NCBI RefSeq assembly: GCF_006345805.1
Contig: NW_021835325.1
Span: forward strand, 1-40,511
DNA length: 40,511 bases
Origin: Octopus sinensis
Lineage: Eukaryota
Reading direction: 5' to 3'
A model generated the notes under the pieces. That model did not search any database, was not told the origin of the DNA, and saw only the letters and a list, made by a program, of their open reading frames with translations. The position numbers were made by a program, and so were the translations under genes. Each line of letters starts with the position of its first letter. Position 1 is the stretch's first letter. Shown one piece after another: positions 23,134 through 35,800 of this stretch.

Positions 23134-23642
23134 ACATTGACTTAGTTACTGAGTCGGTCTCACCTGCTTTTTAACTATTTCCCTCTTTGTCACTCTTTCT
23201 CTCACTACTTCTCCCTTTGTCACTCTCCCCTCTCTCCTTTCTTCAACACTCTCTTCCATCTCCTTCTCTCTTCAACACTCTCTCTCTCTTCTCTTCGACC
23301 ACTCTCTCTCCTTCTCCTTCATCACATTGACTTAGTTACAGTGTCCATCTCACCTGCTTTTTAACTATTTCTCTCCTTGTCACCCTACTTCTTCTCTTTG
23401 TCACTCTCCCCTCTCTCCTTCTTTCTTCAATACTCTCTTCCCTCTCCTCACTTCATCACTCCCTCTCCTCCTCTCTTTGTCACTCTCTCTCCCCTTCTCT
23501 CCCCTCTACTTCTCTCTTCAACACCCTCTCATTCTTCTCTCTGACACACACTCTCACCTTCTCTCTTCAACACGTTCTCTTCTCTCTTCGTCACTGTCTG
23601 CTCTCTTTACCACCCTCTCCCCTTCTCTCCCCCACTTCTCTC
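23134..23642. repeat. CT-rich low complexity with 190-bp tandem duplication
   Basis: ACATTGACTTAGTTAC...CTCACCTGCTTTTTAACTATTT starts at 23134 and 23324. Confidence 0.85.
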
Positions 23643-24003
23643 TATATGTTATGCTTTACCTGACGACATACCACTCAGCAGATGTAGGTACACCACATCT
23701 AGTGTCCTCACCTGTGAAAACTCAACAAAAAAAAATCCCCTTTTTTGAGACATCATCTCACTCAGCCAGCATGTTAGCAACACGGCAGTGTGGCAGCAGC
23801 CTTATAATTTCAAACTGATAAATTTAAGTAAATAAGATTCTTAGAAAATCTTTGAAAAACTCACCCATCTTCTTTATATATTATCTTTCTCTCCTCTCTC
23901 TCTCTCTCTCTCTCTGTCTCTAACTCTCTCTCTCTCTCTCTCCTCTAATTCTCTTAAACACTTTCATTCTTCAATTCACCTGATATTTTACTAATTATCA
24001 CAG

Positions 24004-24041
24004 GACAAGATTAAGTTTGTTGATAGATCTGTGGGATTACT
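24004..24041 (+). CDS. Candidate 38-nt exon (DKIKFVDRSVGL)
   Basis: TTTTACTAATTATCACAG|GAC...TTACT|GTATGC; branch-like CTAAT upstream; phase 0 to 2. Confidence 0.45.
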
Positions 24042-24473
24042 GTATGCATGTGTATGTACATGTATGTTTGCGGTATGTACATGTATGTGTATGTACATGT
24101 ATGTGTGTGTATGTATGTATGTATGTATGTATGTATGTATGTATGTATGTATGTATGTATTATGCATGTATGTATGTACATGTATGTTTGTTATGTATGT
24201 ATGTATGTATGTATGTTTGTATGTATGTATGTATGTATGTATGTATGTATGCTTTATGTATGTTATGTATGCATGTATGTATGTATGTATGTATGTATGT
24301 ATGTATGTGTGTGTTTGTGTTGTGCGTGTTTTGGATTATATTTCTAAAGAAATGGAAGTTATTATGGTGAAGTGACTAAGAAAAGAAATACTAACCACGC
24401 CATCACTCACAAATGCATACACACACACATATATAAGCACACTCATACACAGACACACAGTCTCACTCGCTTG

Positions 24474-24504
<31 letters not shown>

Positions 24505-25135
24505 CACACACACATTTCTAAGTCAATGCACACTTTTACCTTATTCTATAAAAGTCAAAGAAATGAATTTGTAACAACCTGATTAAGATGTGCATAAATG
24601 TGAATGCACACATGTACACACACACATACACACACACACACACGCATATACATGTATACACACTATATATGTGCATGTGGATGTCTCTGTGCATCATATA
24701 TATATATACATATACATATCATATATATATATTACATATATATATATACATATACATATATATATATATAATACATACATTATATATATACATACATACA
24801 TATATATATACATCATACATATATATATATTATACATATATATATACATATATATATATATAACATATATATATACATACATATACATATATACATAACA
24901 TATATATATACATACATATATATATACATACCATATATATATACATACATATATATATATACATATATACATATATATACATATACATATATATATATAC
25001 ATACATATAATATATACATACATATAAATATATAACAACATATACATATATATACATATACATATAGATACATATACATATATATATATATATAATATAT
25101 ATATTATATAATATATATATAATATATATATAAAT
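24042..25135. repeat. (TATG)n, (CT)n, (CA)n and degenerate (TA/TACA)n microsatellites
   Basis: Direct reading; source of the MYVC/YIYI ORFs. Confidence 0.95.
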
Positions 25136-25257
25136 GTTATGTATGTGCCTGTATTTCTTCGTAAGTAGGTCAGGGAAAATATTTTTCCTAGTCAATTTAT
25201 TTATTGTTGTTATATTCTACCATTTTTTTTTGTTTTCTTTACAAAATAAATTTTTAG

Positions 25258-25324
25258 TCATGGGACTTTGAGAAACATAATGGAATATACAGTTGGGTAT
25301 TGGAATCAATTTAAGAAATTTATG
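25258..25324 (+). CDS. Candidate 67-nt exon (HGTLRNIMEYTVGYWNQFKKFM)
   Basis: Long T-tract acceptor ...TTTTTAG|T and donor ATG|GTAAGT; only one frame is open (phase 2 to 0) and it fits 24004-24041. Confidence 0.55.
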
Positions 25325-25502
25325 GTAAGTTAATCCATGATAATCTTAAATCCAGTTCATTCTCTCACTCTCTCTATTTTTTTAAAATTTACTAAGAGAA
25401 GATAAAAATAAAAATAAAAATAAAAATAAAGATAAAATGGCTTTTCAATCACCAACACTTTCAGATTTATTCTATTTATTTACTTTCCCTTTTTTTGCAT
25501 AG

Positions 25503-25517
25503 GCAAGAAACCTTTGA
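25503..25517 (+). CDS. Candidate terminal coding segment (ARNL*)
   Basis: Strong acceptor TACTTTCCCTTTTTTTGCATAG|GCA; TGA at 25515-25517 in the chain frame; AATAAA motifs near 25885-25897. Confidence 0.38.
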   Translation, partial: ARNL

Positions 25518-26034
25518 GCTATGGAGTAAAACTAATGGGAGTATGTAATGTTCATGCTTTCCCAAGAGAATGTATAATACGAGTGAAGTGATTCTAGAAA
25601 AAAGATTAGTATCTTCATTTGTCAACAACAAGCAGTTAGTCTTTCATGATGGCGCTTGTTTCTTGGACTAAAAAGAAAAGAAAAAAAAATCAATGATTTA
25701 TAGTGAAATTCCAAAAATTCAGATTTTAAAATGTGGATTAAATAAGTGAAAGCTTTTGAGTTCCTAGTTAGTTGATACTCCATTAGGAGCTAAGCGAAAT
25801 AGTTTTACTAGGAATGAAATCTGTAGGCTCAGTTTGCTGGAAAATCTCTCTGCAACATCATGGTTCTTCTCATAGATCTCAAGTAAATAAATGAAATAAA
25901 ATATAAGAAAATCACTCTCAACTGTGAGCTTCAGTGTGGTGAAGCTCAGGAGTGTCATTGGAAATTGTTGGCATGTAAAACTGTGAGATCATATGCAATA
26001 CAAAGCATGACTAACTCAAATACATATGAATATA

Positions 26035-26403
26035 TGTGGTAAGTAGCTTGTTTACCAACCACATTGTTCCGGGTTCAGTCCCACTGCGTGGCACCTTGGG
26101 CAAGTGTCTTCTACTATAGCCTCGGGCTGACCAAAGCCTTGTGAGTGGATTTGGTAGACGGAAACTGAAAGAAGCCTGTCGTATATATGTATGAGTGTGT
26201 GTGTGTCTGTGTTTGTCCCCCTAGCATTGCTTGACAACCGATGCTGGTGTGTTTATGTCCCCGTCACTTAGCGGTTCGGCAAAAAAGAGACTGATAGAAT
26301 AAGTACTGGGCTTACAAAAGAATAAGTCCCGGGATCGAGTTGCTCGATTAAAAGCGGTGCTCCAGCATGGCCGCAGTCAAATGACTGAAACAAGTAAAAG
26401 AGT
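26035..26403 (+). mobile_element. SINE family A, young-looking
   Basis: Near-consensus core and tail. Confidence 0.92.
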
Positions 26404-26413
26404 ATGTATTATA

Positions 26414-26444
<31 letters not shown>

Positions 26445-26705
26445 CGTGAATATTAACAAGTGAAACTGATCGGTACATAGGTAATCATTCTTATTTTGTA
26501 TATTTTCATTTGTCTTGCTTATTTTTTACGCTTTGGTTTTGTGCTGAGTTTTTTTCTTGAGAACACATTCTTCGTGGAAAATAGCGATTTTGACGTCCAT
26601 ATCTAGCATATTGACTGTCCACTTTTAGTGGTCAGTCCTTTAAATTTTGTATGTAAAATATATTTTAATTGATTAATATCAATTTCTAACCCTTATTCAA
26701 TTTTA

Positions 26706-26752
<47 letters not shown>

Positions 26753-26754
<2 letters not shown>

Positions 26755-27135
26755 TTATTCTTTTACTTGTTTCAGTCATTTGACAGTGACCATGCTGGAG
26801 CACTGCCTTTAGTCGAGCAAATCAACCCCAGGACTTATTCTTTGTAAGCCTAGTACTTATTCTATCGGCCTCTTTTGCCGAACCGCTAAGTTACAGGGAC
26901 ATAAACACACCAGCATCAGTTGTCAAGCATTGTTTGGGGGACAAACACTGATACACAAACACACACACACACACACCTACATATATACGATGGGCTTCTT
27001 TCAGTTTCTGTCTACCAAATCCACTCACAAGGCTTTGGTCAGCCCGAGGCTATAGTAGAAGACGCCTGCCCAAGGTGCCATGCAGTGGTACTGAACCCAG
27101 AACCGTGTGATCGGTAAGCAAGCTACTTACCACAC
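26753..27135 (-). mobile_element. SINE family A, inverted relative to 26035-26403
   Basis: Reverse complement of tail to head; an extra diverged tail follows at about 27145-27300. Confidence 0.92.
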
Positions 27136-27714
27136 ATATATATATCTTTTATCTTTTACTCTTTTCATTCACTGGATTGCAGCCATGCTGGGGCACTGCC
27201 TCGAAGGGTTTAGCCAAATAAATTGACTCAAGAATTCATACTTTAAAGTTTAGTACTTATTCTTTTGGTCTCTTTTACAGAAGTGCCAAGGACATAAACA
27301 AACCAAATTTTAAAAAGAGGGCACACAGCTTCACTAAATTATTTAAAAGGAGATACATATTTGATGGGATCATATAAGAAAATATGGATAATAAACCACC
27401 ATGCAAATTTAGCTTCTGTTCGATTGAAACAATGTTTTTTTTGTTTCTGAAAAATGTGATGAGGGAAGGTTGTAAAATACCCTTCACCGAAAGGGAGAAC
27501 TGTGTTACAAAAGGTTGAGAATCACTGGTGCAGATGGCTGGAACTGTTATGCAACAGAGCAGTAAATCCAATGCCTTTATTATTGCAAGCACTGCACTCC
27601 ATTATGTAATAAGTAATAAAATTTTTTTGTCTAGCATATAAACACAAGGCTACAATGCTGAGAAGGTGATGATAATCAATGATGTCAACATTTCCCTATT
27701 CACCACTCCACTGC

Positions 27715-27830
27715 CGAGTTCTTGATAGGTGCTTAATTCATCAAACTCAGAAGGATGAAAGGCAAAGCTAGAATTTAGCAGGATTTGAACTCAGAAAACT
27801 CAGAACATAAAGCGATGAGACTAAACACTG
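27715..27830 (-). mobile_element. Degraded SINE family M
   Basis: GAAGGATGAAAGGCAAAG...GGATTTGAACTC. Confidence 0.65.
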
Positions 27831-28492
27831 CAATGCACTTTTTTTTTTGTGTTTTTGTTTGCTATATTGCTTGGAAGTTTTGGTATTATAGCAGATGGCA
27901 AATGAAACTAGCTGTGGAAAACATTAAAAAGAAAAAACAAAACAAAAAAGAGAATGAGAAAATAATATATTTTATGATGATGATGATGATGATGATATTT
28001 TCTGCTTTTTTTTAAACAAAAACATGTTAATGTTTTTTTCGTATACTTCTTTTTTATCTTTACATGTCTTTTGGTTATTTTGTTGTTGTTTTTCATTTAT
28101 TTATTTTGCTTTTTGTTTTGCAAGAAAGGAGATGTATTGAACTTGTGTAGTCTATAACAAAAGATCAATGGTCAAAGATATAGAGGAATATACAATAATT
28201 CAGGCCATAACTTTAGCATATGAATGTATTTGGGCAGAATATCATGCATCATTAGGATACTGCACAGTAGTTAAAGATTGCCTCTAGAGTTTATGTGCAT
28301 GTGTGTGTGTATGTGTGTGTGTGTGCATGTATGTATATATGTATATACTTATATATATATGTATGTATGTATGTATGTATATATATATATATATATGAAT
28401 GTAGATAAATATATTAATGCCCACTATCCCTCCCCTCCACACACACACATACACATATATATATATATATATATTTATATGTACGTATATAT

Positions 28493-28882
28493 AGGCACAG
28501 TCATCGCTGTGTGGTAAGAAGCTTGCTTCCCAACCACTTGGTTCCAGGTTCAGTCCTACTGCATAGAACCTTGGGCAAATGTCTTCTGTAGCATCAGGCC
28601 AACCAAACTCTTGTGAGCGGATTTGGTAGATGGAAACTGAAAGAAATCCATCATATATATGTGTGTGTTGCTTTTTAATGTCTGTGTTTGTCCAACACAA
28701 CTACTTGACAACTGGCATTGACTTTTAACATTCCCCATAACCTAGTAGTTCAGCAAAAGAAACCAATAGAATAAGTATCAGGCTTAAAAAAAGAAGTTCT
28801 GATCTTGATTCATTCGATTAAGAATTCTTCAAGGTGGTGCCCCAGCATGGCCACAATCTAATAATCGACACAGATGAAAGCT
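28493..28882 (+). mobile_element. SINE family A (diverged subfamily)
   Basis: Head-core-microsatellite-tail. Confidence 0.86.
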
Positions 28883-28937
28883 AAAAGTTATATAACATAT
28901 ACATGTACACACTCATAAATATATTTGTATATTTATC

Positions 28938-29327
28938 AGGCGTGGCTGTGTGGTAAGAAGCTTGCTTAGCAACCATATGGTTCAGGGTTCAGTTCCACTG
29001 TGTAGCACCTTGGGCAAGTGTATCCTGCTATAGCCTCGGGCCAACCAAAGCCTTGTGAGTGAATTTAGTAGATGGAAACTGAAAAAAGCCCATTGTATAT
29101 ATATATGTATATATTTGTGTGTGTGTCTTTGTTTGTCCTCCATCACCACTTGACAACCGGTGTTGGTGTGTTTATGTCCTCATAACTTAGTGGTTCAGTA
29201 AAGGAGACTGATAGAATAAGTACTAGGCTTAAAAAAGTAAGTCCTAGGTTGACTTGTTTGATTAAAAACCCTTCAAAGTGGTGCTCCAGCATGGCTGCAG
29301 TCAAATGACTGAAACAAATAAAAGAAT
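28938..29327 (+). mobile_element. SINE family A, tandem to the previous copy
   Basis: Full head to GACTGAAACAAATAAAAGAATA. Confidence 0.9.
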
Positions 29328-29719
29328 ATATATGTAGTTACAGTATGGCCAAATGGCTAAGGTATTTGCTTTGCAACTCTGAGGTCCTTGGTTCAGTCCC
29401 ACTCACGTGGAATCCTTGTCAACTGCAATTTTCTAATGCCTCAAATTGAGCCTTACCATCTAACTAAAAAACTGCAGTAATGGAATCAGTATAAAAGCTT
29501 ATTGGGTAGATTCTACTTGGAATTCAAAGGAACAGCCTTGACACAATGTGTTACACTGATTCTGTTTAAGAGTTATATTAAGGGTATATATGCCTGTGGA
29601 ATACTCAGCCACTTGCACAGTAGTTCAGGGGTAGGTAATTCAGTTGACTGAATAACTAAATCTGCATTGCTAATTGATAAATAATTACCCCTGTAAATAC
29701 CTCTGTGTGTTTACGTGTA

Positions 29720-30267
29720 TATGTGTATATTTGTGCACACATACATATGCAAAAGTATATATATATGCATACATAAGAACATATATATATATACATATAT
29801 TTAGGCTCATTTGTGTATATATACATATACACATGAACAAATATACATACATATATATACATACACACATATATCTACTTAAAGTTCATGTATGTATATA
29901 CATATACAAATATGTATATATATATATATGTATATATATATGCTTGTGTAAGAATGTTTATGCAAGTATGCTTAGACATTGAATGGGAATATATAAGCAT
30001 ATATACATAAATATGTTTGCACCATCTATGTATGATGCAATGTGTGTACATGCTTGTGTGTAAATTTTATTACATGTATGTGTGTGTGTGTGTGCGTGTG
30101 TGGATGTGTGTGTAGATGCAGAAAAGCATATATACTACAATATATAGTGATGATATGCTATACACATGTATATATATATATGTATGGTCATGTATATTCC
30201 AACATACTCTTACATGAGCTTAACATACAAGGATACAGACAGACGGACAGACAGACACAACACACAG

Positions 30268-30302
<35 letters not shown>

Positions 30303-30474
30303 CCCTCTGCCTCTCTCCCTAGCATACACAATCACTCTTTCTCTCATATGACTTTTCTCATTTCCTCTCCCACACATACTCATATTGTGCATGCTTGTAA
30401 TGTACATCATATATATATTTATACAAGCATATATATATATATATATATATAATATATATATATATACATAACAC

Positions 30475-30532
<58 letters not shown>

Positions 30533-30949
30533 ATATATATTTACATATATATATATATATATACATACACATACATGCTATATATACATATACACATACA
30601 TGCATATATATACATATACACATACATGCATATATATACATATACATATACATGCACACATAAGCATATTCATATATATATATATATATATATATCAAAC
30701 TTTTACATACATATATACATACATATATATATTTATAAATACACACACATAAACATATATTCATATAGATATATTCACACACACATAAACACACAGACAC
30801 ACACACACACACACACACACACCACATGCATATATATTTATAAACTGGGAGAAAAAGAGAAAGAGAGATTATCATCATTTTAACATCCACTTTTTCATGC
30901 TTGCATAAGTTTTTCCGTATGTATGTGCATGTTTGCACACATAATGTGC

Positions 30950-30992
<43 letters not shown>

Positions 30993-31701
30993 ATCTAATC
31001 TACTTCGGTATGCATGTGTTTGTCTATAATAATCTTCTGTGCATGTATGTGTGCATGCCTATTCTTTTTTTTTTTTTTTTTTTCTTTTTGCTTTCATCTC
31101 TGCAAACTCTGTTAAAAGTTTGACCCAGCATCACACTCCGTCTCCCTTCATGTTTTAAACACCGTCCAATAAATAATGTTTCCTTTCATATTTTACTTTC
31201 ATACCTTCACCTCAGTAACAGAATATCAAGGGAAAGGGTCAGACATGGTACCTACACTGGCCTATTATTACTACTATAGGCAAAATTATTCATGAAACTC
31301 TTTGAATTACCTTTTCATTTCTCTTTGTTATTGTCTTTAATAATTTCATATGAGTTTTGTGGCTCTTTTTTTTTCCTGATGAAAATTCTCAGTTTGATAT
31401 ATACTCTGTTTTTATTTGTTTTTACTTCTATATTTCATTTGACATTATTACATAATTATATATATCCATACGTACATACATACATAAATACATAAATGCA
31501 TACACACACACACACAAACAACGACACACATATATGTATATAAATACATACATATATATACATACAAACATATATATGTATATATAAATGCATCCATCCA
31601 TACATACATGCAAACACACACACATACGTATATATATAAATACATACATACACACACACATATATACATACATATATACATACATACACATACATACATA
31701 C

Positions 31702-31732
<31 letters not shown>

Positions 31733-31780
31733 CATATATATATGCTTCGTGCACACTACTGATAGATTTTTAATGGATCA
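29720..31780. repeat. Extended field of degenerate (TA)n/(CA)n/(TACA)n microsatellites
   Basis: Direct reading; interrupted by short T-rich unique segments around 31040-31450. Confidence 0.9.
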
Positions 31781-32306
31781 ATAATCATAAATTATCCATT
31801 TGGCTATTAAAACATGTATTTGATACGTGAAGCAATACATTTTTTGTAGATTAACTTTCGCTATTTTGTTTTCTATTATTATTTTAACAAAATGTTTTAT
31901 TTCTTTCCTTCTTTGAGAACAGGTGTACCACGCACAGTGTATGTATTATGTTGTGTGCGACGCGGTGCTTGTGGTGTATATATATATATAATATATATAT
32001 ATATACACACACACACACCACACACATATATTTATAGTATATATATATATATAAATATAAACATACATGAATTAATATATATATAATATATATATAATAT
32101 ATACATCTATAATATATATTTATATATATATATATATACATGAAATGTATATATATTCAATATATTAATATATAAAAGAGAAAATCTGTTGCAACATTCT
32201 GTATGAAAACTGAATCCCATGTCTGCTGTAATCTGCATAGCTGTGCAAAGCAATACAGTGAAACAATATTATAACATAAGTAGTTCAAATTATAAGCTGT
32301 AATTTA

Positions 32307-32530
32307 ACCCTTTCATTACCATATATCTGTTGGAATATACTGTCTTTGTCTCAATTAAATTTTCAGATAATTGTAAAGTTTACAAAAATAACTGTGTCAT
32401 TACTAAGGTAGAATTTGGAATATAAATTTACATGAAATTTTAATAGGAGGTTTATAATTTAGATCAGTTTAAAAGAAGAAGTTTTTGCCATAGAACTAGG
32501 GGTGGTCTCTGCTGGGTTTGTATCAAAAGA
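32307..32530. mobile_element. TTAACCC-starting MITE remnant related to 13685-13949
   Basis: TTAACCCTTTCA start; similar AAAAATAACT and terminal GGGT...TCAAAA segments. Confidence 0.5.
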
Positions 32531-32739
32531 GAGCAAGGTTCATTATACGAGTAGCCAGTCAGCTGGAAACTTAGTCTACACAATATTCAGGTAAGACATT
32601 GTCTGTCTGTCTATCTATCTATCTAGCTGTCTTTGTGACTTGTACACTTGACTTAGATAAGACACATAGGCAGTGTCCTGGTTACTGGAAACTGAACACG
32701 TCATTCATGGCATGCCAAGCTTACAGGGACTGGATTAGT

Positions 32740-34170
32740 ACATTAGTTTAGAGAGCATTGGCTTACACCATTGTCAAAAATAGATGGTGGTATGCCTTAA
32801 AGAAAATAATTAAAGCAGAATTGGTTAGGTACAGTAAGGCCCTAGCATTAGACCAAAATAGAACAGAGGGAGACCTAGTTAAGAAATTAGAAGAGGCACT
32901 TAGAATTGGCATCACGTCCAACGTACTGGTAGTGACATTGACCCTTGACCAATACTGCAATGCCAAACATGAAGGATGCATTGTCAGAGCTAGGATGCAT
33001 GCTCTGAGGAACAAAGGAGTTGGAGCTGCCTGAGAGGCCCAAGTGGCAGAAGCACAACGAGGCAACAATGCCACCATTAGGTCTCTGACAGATGAACAGG
33101 GGCATGATAATTCGAGCCTGAAAGGATGTGTGAGGCCTTTCAACAACACTTTGCCTGAATGTTCGGGATAACTGGTGGGTCAGAACGCAGAGTGGACTTT
33201 AGTGCCTACCTGCATAGCCTATCATGACTCTTCACAAGACAGGTAGAGCGTTGTGAAAGACCCGTCACAGCCGCTGACATACAGGATACAATGGCAGGCT
33301 GCACGGGAGACAAGTTGCCAGGCTTGGATGGTCTGCACTACAAACTTTATTGTCATATGGCAGACTCATAGACAGAGTAGTTAAGGAACCTGGCATGGGT
33401 GGGGCACTGATCAATTTGGATCAATCAAAAGCTTTCGATAGGGTACACCATCACTACTTGGAGGCTATCCTTATGGTAGCTGGTTTTGGTCCTGTCTTCC
33501 ACAGTTGGATCATTGCCTTATACAGTGGAATCCACTTGGTAGTTCATGTAAATGGTCATTTGTCCAGACCATTTAAAATCACGCATTCTGTTCCTCAAGG
33601 ATGCCCCCTCTCGTTGCTTCTGTATGTATTGACTCTTGAGCCACTACTGCGGAAGCTAGTGATGCTGAGGGGCATCCAGCGAGAGCTGGGATGCAGGAGG
33701 AGCATGTCTGCATATGCAGATGACGTCACCGTCATAGTGTCCAGTCACAGGCCTATCGACCTGGTCAGCGAGACACTAAAAGAAAGCAAAGCAGTAACGG
33801 GAGCAAAAATTAACCAGGAAAAGTCAGTGGGCTTGTGGGTTGGCACCAGAAGAAATAAGCCCATATCATTCAACAGCGTCTCCATCATGAGATGCTGGAC
33901 AAATGGACTGATTAAATTGCTCAGAGTGTGGGTTGGTCTGAACCTCAAAATGGAGAAGAAGTGGGGTGAGATAACGACTAGGTTGGCCACTCTCACCCAG
34001 CAATAAGCTGAGAGGAAGCTATATCTAAAAGTTGGACGGAGGTGGTAAACGCGTACATTGCATCTGTCATCAATTACTGTCTGACTGCCGTGCCTTGTCT
34101 CAACCCTACCATCACCAAACTGGAATGCATATTCGTTTGCTTTTTGTGGAAGGGAAGCATTCTTATATAT
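32740..34170 (+). mobile_element. Dead Tx1/L1-clade LINE ORF2 (reverse transcriptase) fragment
   Basis: PGLDGL (33318), LDQSKAFDRV (33416), QGCPLSLLLY (33597), YADDV (33713); upstream linker RWWYALKK...EGCIVRAR; several stops and frameshifts. Confidence 0.93.
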
Positions 34171-34476
34171 CACTAAGAAGTAGTTATATTTATATATGTG
34201 GGGAAAGTAGACCTGAAGATTGGGAGTGCGTAAATATAATGAGTTTTTGAATGAGACTTTGTGTCTTAACAATACCATATGTACCCTCATGAAACACGTG
34301 TAGTCTGTAATATGGAAAATTTTGGGATTATGAATATAAATAGTAAGTATAATATTTAATATTTTATGGCTTGGTTGAGTTAATATCATTTGGAGTTGAT
34401 GAATTTGTGGGTGTTTCTATCTCTAACACTATTTTAATATATATATATATATATATATAATTATACACATACTTAT

Positions 34477-34556
<80 letters not shown>

Positions 34557-34755
34557 CTTATACATATATATACATATATGTAAACACACACACACAACAC
34601 AATATAGAAAAGAAAAGAAACCATGGTTTTTGCCTTTAAATTACTTACTACTGTATAGATTATAGCTAGGACTATACATAGTAAGGTAATACACCAGGAG
34701 TGCCTACAGATACATCTATCTCTTAGAAGTTGTATAACCTCTAACTTATATTTTG

Positions 34756-34819
<64 letters not shown>

Positions 34820-34848
34820 TACATGCATACATACATATATATATATAT

Positions 34849-35143
34849 AGGTGCAAGAGTGGCCGTGTGATAAGTAGCTTGCTTACCAACCACATGGTTC
34901 TGGGTTCAATCCCATTGCCTGGTACCTTGGATTTGGTAGATGGAAACTGAAAGAAGCCTGTTGTATGTGTATATATATATATATATGTTTGTGTGTCAGT
35001 GTTTGTCCCTCCACCATCGCTTGACAACTGATGTTGGTGTGTTTACGTCCCCATAACTTAGCAGTTCAGCAAAAGAAACCGATACAATAAGTACTAGACT
35101 TACAAAGAATAAATCCTGGGGTCGATTTCTTTGACTAAAGGTA
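34849..35143 (+). mobile_element. SINE family A with deleted core and truncated tail
   Basis: Head jumps from GGTACCTTGG to ATTTGGTAGATGG. Confidence 0.86.
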
Positions 35144-35149
35144 GTGTAT

Positions 35150-35560
35150 GAGCAAATGGAATATGAAGTATTTTTTTGAACAACAAAAGACACAAATGGA
35201 AAACAAGACAAGCAACATAAAGAACGACCCTTCATCAGTTGTTGGTTGTTTTGCTACTCTTGTATTTTGAGCATTTAACAACAAGATATGCTTTCAATAA
35301 AATAGTTGTCTCCTGCAAAGCAAATTAAATAAAATTTGGGATTTTGCAGAGGGTCAAAACTGGTAACACAAACAGGACAGTGAAAATAAACAGAAAGGGC
35401 TGCTAAGCCAAAACAAGGTTGTGGTGGCAAACGCATAAATCAAGCTTGGACAGGAGGCAGACAAGAACACGTTTTCCTTGATCTGGCTACAATGGAGAGA
35501 AAGAAAAAAACACAAGTTAGGAGAAGAAAGATGGCCGATGGTCACGTGGGATCCAAGTGA
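35150..35560. mobile_element. Possible Penelope-like or other retroelement remnant
   Basis: CCCTTCATCAG is the reverse complement of CTGATGAAGGG, a motif I associate with Penelope pseudo-LTRs; no protein motif seen. Confidence 0.25.
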
Positions 35561-35800
35561 GCAAGGTAGAAAGAGTGAGCGAGAGAGAGTGACAGAGAAC
35601 TGTGAAAGGGAGAGGAAAAAATTGGAGATAGGATAAGTGAGAAAAGTAATGTATTTACATGTACTTAAGTATATGTCCAGACAGAGTGGCCAATGGTTTT
35701 GCATCCACAGAGGGCGTAGCCCCATGGATGATTCGTCAGACTCAATATGTTTCACACACACACACACACACATATATATTTATATACTTTATTTGCTGGA

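Noticed and set aside
25162-25167. Consensus donor GTAAGT
   Set aside because: No AG acceptor in the preceding TA-repeat sequence, so no exon can be built.
27290-27527. Possible hAT MITE ending GGTTGAGAATCACTG
   Set aside because: Only one terminus is recognisable; no matching TIR or 8-bp TSD was found.
26035-29327. Similar sequences recurring at intervals, superficially array-like
   Set aside because: Dispersed SINE copies in mixed orientations with irregular spacing; no CRISPR repeat-spacer structure or cas genes, and the DNA is eukaryotic.
33745-34389. 214-aa minus-strand ORF
   Set aside because: Antisense shadow of the Tx1 RT relic extended into AT-rich flank; no independent motif.
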